A stretch of DNA of 35,259 nt from Promethearchaeota archaeon (GTDB lineage: Archaea; Asgardarchaeota; Lokiarchaeia; Sigyniarchaeales; SOKP01): contig JBHLLU010000019.1 in NCBI GenBank assembly GCA_048938895.1, forward strand, positions 36,806 through 72,064, read 5' to 3'. The notes below the pieces were generated by a model. It ran no database searches and was not told the DNA's origin. It saw only the letters and a program-made list of their open reading frames with translations. Positions within the stretch are counted from its first letter, which is position 1; every line of letters starts with the position of its first letter. The position numbers and the translations under genes were made by a program. This document shows positions 30,312 to 35,259 of this stretch, in pieces.

Positions 30312-30377
30312 AAATCAATCTCATTTATTTATAATAATAAAACTAAAACAGATGAATAAAAAAATTAGTAAAAAAAA

Positions 30378-31205
30378 TTAGGTACTTGTATTTTTATATT
30401 GTAAGAGATTTAGTTCTTTTCTTAGCTTTTGACCAATATCTAAAGATTTCTTTCCTAACATTTTGACATCTTCAATTGAAAAAGTTGCCGCACCACTTTT
30501 CTGAATTGATGTAATTTTATCCTTCGTCACTGAGATTGAAATTTTACCTTCACACAGTAATTCTTCAGGCAAATTTGGATCTAAGAAAATGACATCCTCA
30601 ATTTTTCCATATGTAATTACAAAAGGCAATTCTTTTATTAATTCCTCCCCCGTTATATATTTACCTGTCCATTCCAGACCATCATCTCCAATTCTACCTT
30701 CAGGAAGATTAGCTGAAAGTAATGTAGTTAAGGCACTTACTCCTCCAGCATCAATTAAATTGCCATCATGATTAATAACATACATATCAACAAATAAGAT
30801 ATAAACGGCTTCTTTTTCTTTAATACATAATTTCTGGGTTTGTATACAATCTGCATGTCTAATCCCACGGTCTACAACTCTGGCTAATTCGATCGATTGT
30901 TCATCTGGAGGACCTCTTTCGAACAATGGAGATGCAAGTGGCAATAACTCTGCCATAATAGTACATACACCTTCGTTTGGTAAATCAGGGAAAGGTTCCC
31001 CTATCTCATATTTTAATCCTGTAATAATCCTAGTGTCTCCTAATGATACATCTGCAGATCCTTCAGCCGATGCAATTACATCGCTTTTAATACTAAAATC
31101 TCGATAATCCCACAAATCTCTCCCGTCAATGCGTTCCCCTTTTTTCAAGTTCGATAATATATAATTTTTTTCTATGCGTGAAATTATTCTTTTAACATCC
31201 ATCAT
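30378..31205 (-). CDS. rrp42: Exosome complex component Rrp42
   Basis: RIDGR, AEGSADV, PFPDLPNEG, ELARVVDRGIR, HDGNLIDA, IQKSG. Confidence 0.96.
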   Translation of the reverse strand: MMDVKRIISRIEKNYILSNLKKGERIDGRDLWDYRDFSIKSDVIASAEGSADVSLGDTRIITGLKYEIGEPFPDLPNEGVCTIMAELLPLASPLFERGPPDEQSIELARVVDRGIRHADCIQTQKLCIKEKEAVYILFVDMYVINHDGNLIDAGGVSALTTLLSANLPEGRIGDDGLEWTGKYITGEELIKELPFVITYGKIEDVIFLDPNLPEELLCEGKISISVTKDKITSIQKSGAATFSIEDVKMLGKKSLDIGQKLRKELNLLQYKNTST

Positions 31206-31207
31206 CT

Positions 31208-31963
31208 TTACTTTTCATCCTCAGCATTAGTTAAGGTTATATATTTACTTTTTAAAGCTTCTAATTGTGTTTGATATACTTTATTTAGTGCAGTTTTTGC
31301 CATATCTAAAAACTCATTCATCTCCTCTAAATCCATATCGCCATCAAATTGTAGTAATGATAGTTCTTCATTATACCATGTTATAGCAACAGGCAAATCT
31401 GCCTCACCTGCTTTATCTTCAATTCCAGAAAGATCTACCACTTTTTTGCCATCAATTTTACCTACTGCAATTGCCGATACCAAACTTTTCATAGGAATTC
31501 CTGCATCTGCTAAGGCTAATGCTGCTACTGTAGTGCTAGCACATCTGGTTCCCCCATCTGCATCTATTACCTCAATAAAGACTTCAAAACTCGTATCAGG
31601 ATACAGCTCCAGAAAAAGAATTGGTTCTAAACAATCAGTTACTATCATTGATATTTCTTTTTCTCTACGTCCAGGAGCAGGTCTTTTTCTATCAAAAACA
31701 GAAAAAGTGGCCATCCTATAAAAAACTCTTAGAACTCCTCGATCTGGTTTAGCTAAATGATGTGGGTGAACTTCTCTTGGACCATAGACCGCAGCAAAGA
31801 TCTTATTGTTACCCCATTCTAAATAAGCAGAACCATCTGCACTTTTAATGACTCCAACTTCCATCTTTATGGGTCTCAATTCATCTATATCTCTTCCATC
31901 AAGTCGTTTTCCATCCTCTCGGAATAACTTTTCAGGATATTCATCTTTAATAATCAATGGCAT
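31208..31963 (-). CDS. rrp41: Exosome complex exonuclease Rrp41
   Basis: RLDGR..DELRP, ADGSAY, VYGPRE, RREKEIS, ADGGTR, ALADAGIPM, DL...ED. Confidence 0.97.
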   Translation of the reverse strand: MPLIIKDEYPEKLFREDGKRLDGRDIDELRPIKMEVGVIKSADGSAYLEWGNNKIFAAVYGPREVHPHHLAKPDRGVLRVFYRMATFSVFDRKRPAPGRREKEISMIVTDCLEPILFLELYPDTSFEVFIEVIDADGGTRCASTTVAALALADAGIPMKSLVSAIAVGKIDGKKVVDLSGIEDKAGEADLPVAITWYNEELSLLQFDGDMDLEEMNEFLDMAKTALNKVYQTQLEALKSKYITLTNAEDEK

Positions 31964-32793
31964 TATGCTATACCTCTTTTCTTTTTTTCTTCTATAATAT
32001 ATTCTTGCATTCGATCAGTTAAACCTACAGTATGTGCTTCCATCGCAATTTTTTGTATTGATTCGATTAATAATCGTTCATGTGCGATATCTTCACCTTT
32101 TAACCAAATTCGGCCATTTTGAGTTACAAAAATATTACTCTTTGTCAAATCTTTCAACATTTTAATCATTGAGCCATTACGACCGATAACCCGCGGAATT
32201 TTCGGGGGATCAATTGAAATTACGACTCCGTTGTTTTTCTTCCCTAAATACTTGCCTACTGTAGTTAATTCAGGTTTGTTTAAACGATCGGCTGATAAAA
32301 TTTTAACAATTAAGATGTCCCCAATCTCATATTTTTCAATGTTATCTTCGTCTCGAGAATATCCTCCACGATCGCCACCACGACCTCTAAAGGAACCCAT
32401 CTTACCTCTTTTAATTGTATTTTTTGGCTTTAATGTTCCAAAATCTTTTGCATTTATATCACATCTATATTTTACTGGATTTTTATCAACTACAAGGGCA
32501 ATAACCTTATCTCCAGGTCGAGGAGTATAAAATCCTCTGAGAGGAATCACATTTATATAATTTTTCTTTACTTGTTTCAACCCTATGTTTAATGAAATTA
32601 TTTTACTCCTATCATTATTGTAAATTGTACCTCGACCAGGTAAAAAATTTTGTGTATCTTCGGATAATATCTCCCCAGGTACAACTATATCTCTGGAATC
32701 TTGATCCTCATCGAAATCTTCGTATTCTTCCTCGTCAGCATCCCTATTATTTTCTGCATCATCGATATCCTCATTATTAGTTTCATTCTCCAA
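31963..32793 (-). CDS. rrp4: Exosome RNA-binding protein Rrp4
   Basis: IVVPGE, VIPLRGFYTP..GD S1 domain, KIPRVIGRNGSMI KH domain, EAHTVGLTD. Confidence 0.95.
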   Translation of the reverse strand: MENETNNEDIDDAENNRDADEEEYEDFDEDQDSRDIVVPGEILSEDTQNFLPGRGTIYNNDRSKIISLNIGLKQVKKNYINVIPLRGFYTPRPGDKVIALVVDKNPVKYRCDINAKDFGTLKPKNTIKRGKMGSFRGRGGDRGGYSRDEDNIEKYEIGDILIVKILSADRLNKPELTTVGKYLGKKNNGVVISIDPPKIPRVIGRNGSMIKMLKDLTKSNIFVTQNGRIWLKGEDIAHERLLIESIQKIAMEAHTVGLTDRMQEYIIEEKKKRGIA

Positions 32794-32883
32794 AATTACT
32801 CACACTCCTTCATTAATTCACTTCTAATAGCCTAATCATTACAAAAAAACAACATAAACGAGAATTAATTAAAATTTATTAGA

Positions 32884-33687
32884 TTAGGATTTTAAAAGTT
32901 TTGATTGGACTCTTCCATGGGTTAGCTTATTTAATTTATCAATCAATTCCATTTGTAATCCCGCTGGCAAACTTATAACAGAAACCCAAGCACCATCAGA
33001 TTGCCATTCTTCTTTCTTTATTTGCGCAAGTTGAGCAACAATGTTATAACCCTTAGCTGTGAAAGCAGAAGGAATTTTAATTGCCATTTCTACCTGTTCC
33101 ATTCGTATGGGGATGATAGCTCGAATACTTTTAACTACATCATCAACCTGTTCTTCAGCATTCCTCATTAAATCAATTTTTACTTTTGCTTCTTCGATTG
33201 CTTTCTCTATTCTTTGATAAGGATGAGGTTTCTTGTTTTGAGGATTAATCGCATTTTTGCTAATAATAGTAATTATTTGCTTTAGTTTTTTACTTCGTTC
33301 CTCTTCTCTTTGAGTTTTTGTCCAATGTATTTCTCCTTCAAGAAGCACATGGCCTGCTATTCTTCTACCCTCTGTAGTATCGAAAACAGCTTCCATATCA
33401 CCATCTGTAGCCTTCTTTCCTCTTCTCAAATCTTCGAAAACTGTGAAACTTTCAAATATTAGCTCAAGATCAAATTTATTATGATTTAATATGTCATCTA
33501 CTGTCAATCGCGATTTCTCAGCGCCTTCTTTAAAACGTTTGTCGATATCTTCTCGGATTAATTTCTTTGCTTCCCAGGCTTTCTCTGGATCCATAAGCAT
33601 TTCAAAAGATCGACCAGATTTCTCAATCCGTCCTACTATATATCCCCCTAAATCAATTCTTGCTCGGTCTATCGGTCGATCACTCAT
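32884..33687 (-). CDS. sbds: Ribosome maturation factor SBDS/Sdo1
   Basis: FEMLMDP, F.TT, INPQNKKPHP.QRIEKA, IIPIR, EEWQSDG, LNKLTHG. Confidence 0.95.
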   Translation of the reverse strand: MSDRPIDRARIDLGGYIVGRIEKSGRSFEMLMDPEKAWEAKKLIREDIDKRFKEGAEKSRLTVDDILNHNKFDLELIFESFTVFEDLRRGKKATDGDMEAVFDTTEGRRIAGHVLLEGEIHWTKTQREEERSKKLKQIITIISKNAINPQNKKPHPYQRIEKAIEEAKVKIDLMRNAEEQVDDVVKSIRAIIPIRMEQVEMAIKIPSAFTAKGYNIVAQLAQIKKEEWQSDGAWVSVISLPAGLQMELIDKLNKLTHGRVQSKLLKS

Positions 33688-33804
33688 ATTTTAGTTTCAC
33701 CGGTGTGTAACCTAATTTACCTTGATTTCTAATCTTTCTAGTATCTCGGATTTTCGTTAATTGATAAATATAATAGGCAGGAACCTTGGCATTATAACTA
33801 AATT

Positions 33805-34530
33805 TTAGGAAGTGGATAATTTATTTATTAATTCTTCCTCTTCTTCCACACTCAGAAGTTTAAATGTTTTATCTTCCTTTAATATAAACGCAATATCACA
33901 CGTATTTTTATTTAGATTATCACCCATTACCTCTTTGAGAGCTCTTAAGGGTAATAATTTTAATTCCTCATCACTCATATCTTCATTATAATGTTCTTCA
34001 AGGTAAGCTCTTGCCTCTGTTGCCCCCGATCCAATGGCGAATCCTTTATACGCCCAAAATGCCCCACTTGGATCGGTTAGAAATAAGGAGGGACCATTTG
34101 CATCAATTCCAGCAACTAGAAGTGAAACTCCAAAAGGACGCACCCCTGCATTCTGGGTGAATACTTGTTTATATTCACAAATATTTATTGTGCAGTCTTT
34201 AACAGAAATTTTCTCATCATAATTCAATAAATTAACCTGAGCTTGAATCCTGGCTCGATCAATTAACACTCTCGCATCAGCTGTAAGTCCAGCGATAGCT
34301 ACGCCAATGTGGTTGTCAATTTTGAAGATCTTTTCAGATCCTAGCGACTGCTCTTGAAGTTCAGAGCTTTTTTTCTCAACTGCAAACACAACAGAGTTTT
34401 TATTCCTAACAACAACCGCAGTTGTGCCTCTTCGAACGGCTTCAATAGCATATTCAACCTGAAATAGCCGTCCTTCTGGACTAAATTGCGTTATTGCCAT
34501 ATCATATCCGCGTCCCGCTTGCTGAAACAT
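33805..34530 (-). CDS. psmA: 20S proteasome alpha subunit
   Basis: GYD.AITQFSPEGRLFQVEYA, GLTADARVL, GVRPFGVSLL, TDPSG; AAGGAGG SD upstream. Confidence 0.97.
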   Translation of the reverse strand: MFQQAGRGYDMAITQFSPEGRLFQVEYAIEAVRRGTTAVVVRNKNSVVFAVEKKSSELQEQSLGSEKIFKIDNHIGVAIAGLTADARVLIDRARIQAQVNLLNYDEKISVKDCTINICEYKQVFTQNAGVRPFGVSLLVAGIDANGPSLFLTDPSGAFWAYKGFAIGSGATEARAYLEEHYNEDMSDEELKLLPLRALKEVMGDNLNKNTCDIAFILKEDKTFKLLSVEEEEELINKLSTS

Positions 34531-34971
34531 TTTTAATATCCTCCTTAATTCGATTTTATGTTTTTTTAAAAACCTAAAGATTTTAACCAGAATGGTTAAT
34601 ACTTTTAAATTTTAAATTTTTATTAATCCTTTTATTTATATTATTTTTTTGTTTTACTTAGTTAAAAAGTGATAATAAATACTAAAATAAATATTTTGTT
34701 TAAATAATTTAAAAAAAGGGTAAAATTTGTTTGAAACAAGCCTTTAGAGAGAGTTTTAAATTATATAAAAAGTTGTTCCTCATAAAAATTAAAATTAGTC
34801 ATGTATTTGATACTAACTAGTTGTATCTAAAAAAATGAAATACCTAATGTCTCAGAAGACCTTACATAGTCTAAGGAACTGTTCCTCTATCTCCTCGAAA
34901 CATATAGTATTTATTTTTTTAATTATTTATAGACCACTAAATAAATCTAATGAAAATTAAGTATTATTTAT

Positions 34972-35259
34972 CTAAGACCATGCTACTTTATTTATAATAA
35001 TAGACCATTCTAAAATGATTAAACCCTCGTCCCTTGTATGCGCTACTAGATAATCTCCTTCCTTTGTAATTGAACCGACTATATTCCCCTTTCCACCACC
35101 AATATTTTTAGCTGCTAGCTGAATTTCGTCATTTTTCAAGACAGCAAAACGATTGTTTTGGAACATAATGGCAGGTTCATTCGTTCTCCATGCGGTTAGA
35201 AGTGCTTTTGATTCTTCATTTGCTAATTGAAAATCATCTGATTTAAAGACAACTTCTCC
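34972..35259 (-). CDS. Asgard-type profilin-like protein (5' truncated by window edge)
   Basis: Frame is open from 35259: GEVVFKSDDFQLANEESKALLTAWRTNEPAIMFQNNRFAVLKNDEIQLAAKNIGGGKGNIVGS...; matches from memory the profilin pattern G.hh..S..F/W-helix-I.hQ..RF.h-N..GKG.hh. Confidence 0.65.
   Translation of the reverse strand, partial: GEVVFKSDDFQLANEESKALLTAWRTNEPAIMFQNNRFAVLKNDEIQLAAKNIGGGKGNIVGSITKEGDYLVAHTRDEGLIILEWSIIINKVAWS

Noticed and set aside
26430-30377. Dikinase cassette as a mobile element
   Set aside because: No transposase or integrase, terminal inverted repeats or target-site duplication seen; composition looks similar to the flanks.
33682-33810. Basic stop-free minus-strand frame between psmA and SBDS (YNAKVPAYYIYQLTKIRDTRKIR...), loosely L39e-like
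   Set aside because: No usable start codon, lacks the L39e WRR motif, and its GGTGA is better explained as the SBDS SD.
34835-34960. 41-codon plus-strand ORF, or a fluoride riboswitch / SECIS / C-D box RNA in the psmA upstream gap
   Set aside because: ORF has no SD or motif; the RNA consensus elements are incomplete and no in-frame TGA selenoprotein candidate was seen.
1-35259. CRISPR arrays, tRNA/rRNA genes, tandem repeats
   Set aside because: No regularly spaced repeats or GC-rich cloverleaf/rRNA-like segments seen in any intergenic region by eye.

Overview
Low-GC archaeal chromosomal window, most likely an Asgard archaeon (Lokiarchaeia/Promethearchaeota-like). This assignment is inferred from archaeal informational genes plus a profilin-like ORF cut by the right edge and a eukaryote-type eIF5A motif. 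Left to right: eIF5A (partial), NAD kinase, Nob1, FEN1, Cdc48 and a small winged-helix gene missed by the ORF track; a HerA-like ATPase with no nurA/mre11/rad50 nearby and a 4-TM protein; a variable block (glycerol-kinase-like FGGY kinase, Zn-ribbon hypothetical, AbiEii/MenT-like nucleotidyltransferase, MFS transporter, secreted C45 Ntn-hydrolase, probable PPi-PFK, ZPR1); a four-subunit 2-oxoacid:ferredoxin oxidoreductase operon; TsaC and THUMP; and the archaeal proteasome-exosome superoperon (psmA, SBDS, rrp4, rrp41, rrp42, rpl37ae, pcc1, pfdB, DHH) extended by an ECF module and cgi121. The superoperon is split by an oppositely oriented two-gene cassette (rifampin-phosphotransferase-like dikinase plus a lipocalin/AttH-like protein). 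No rRNA, tRNA, CRISPR array or transposase was recognised. Best candidates for undescribed biology are the dikinase+lipocalin cassette, the solo nucleotidyltransferase with its divergent Zn-ribbon neighbour, and the ATC-start wHTH gene behind cdc48. All calls come from motif recognition by eye; no database search was run.
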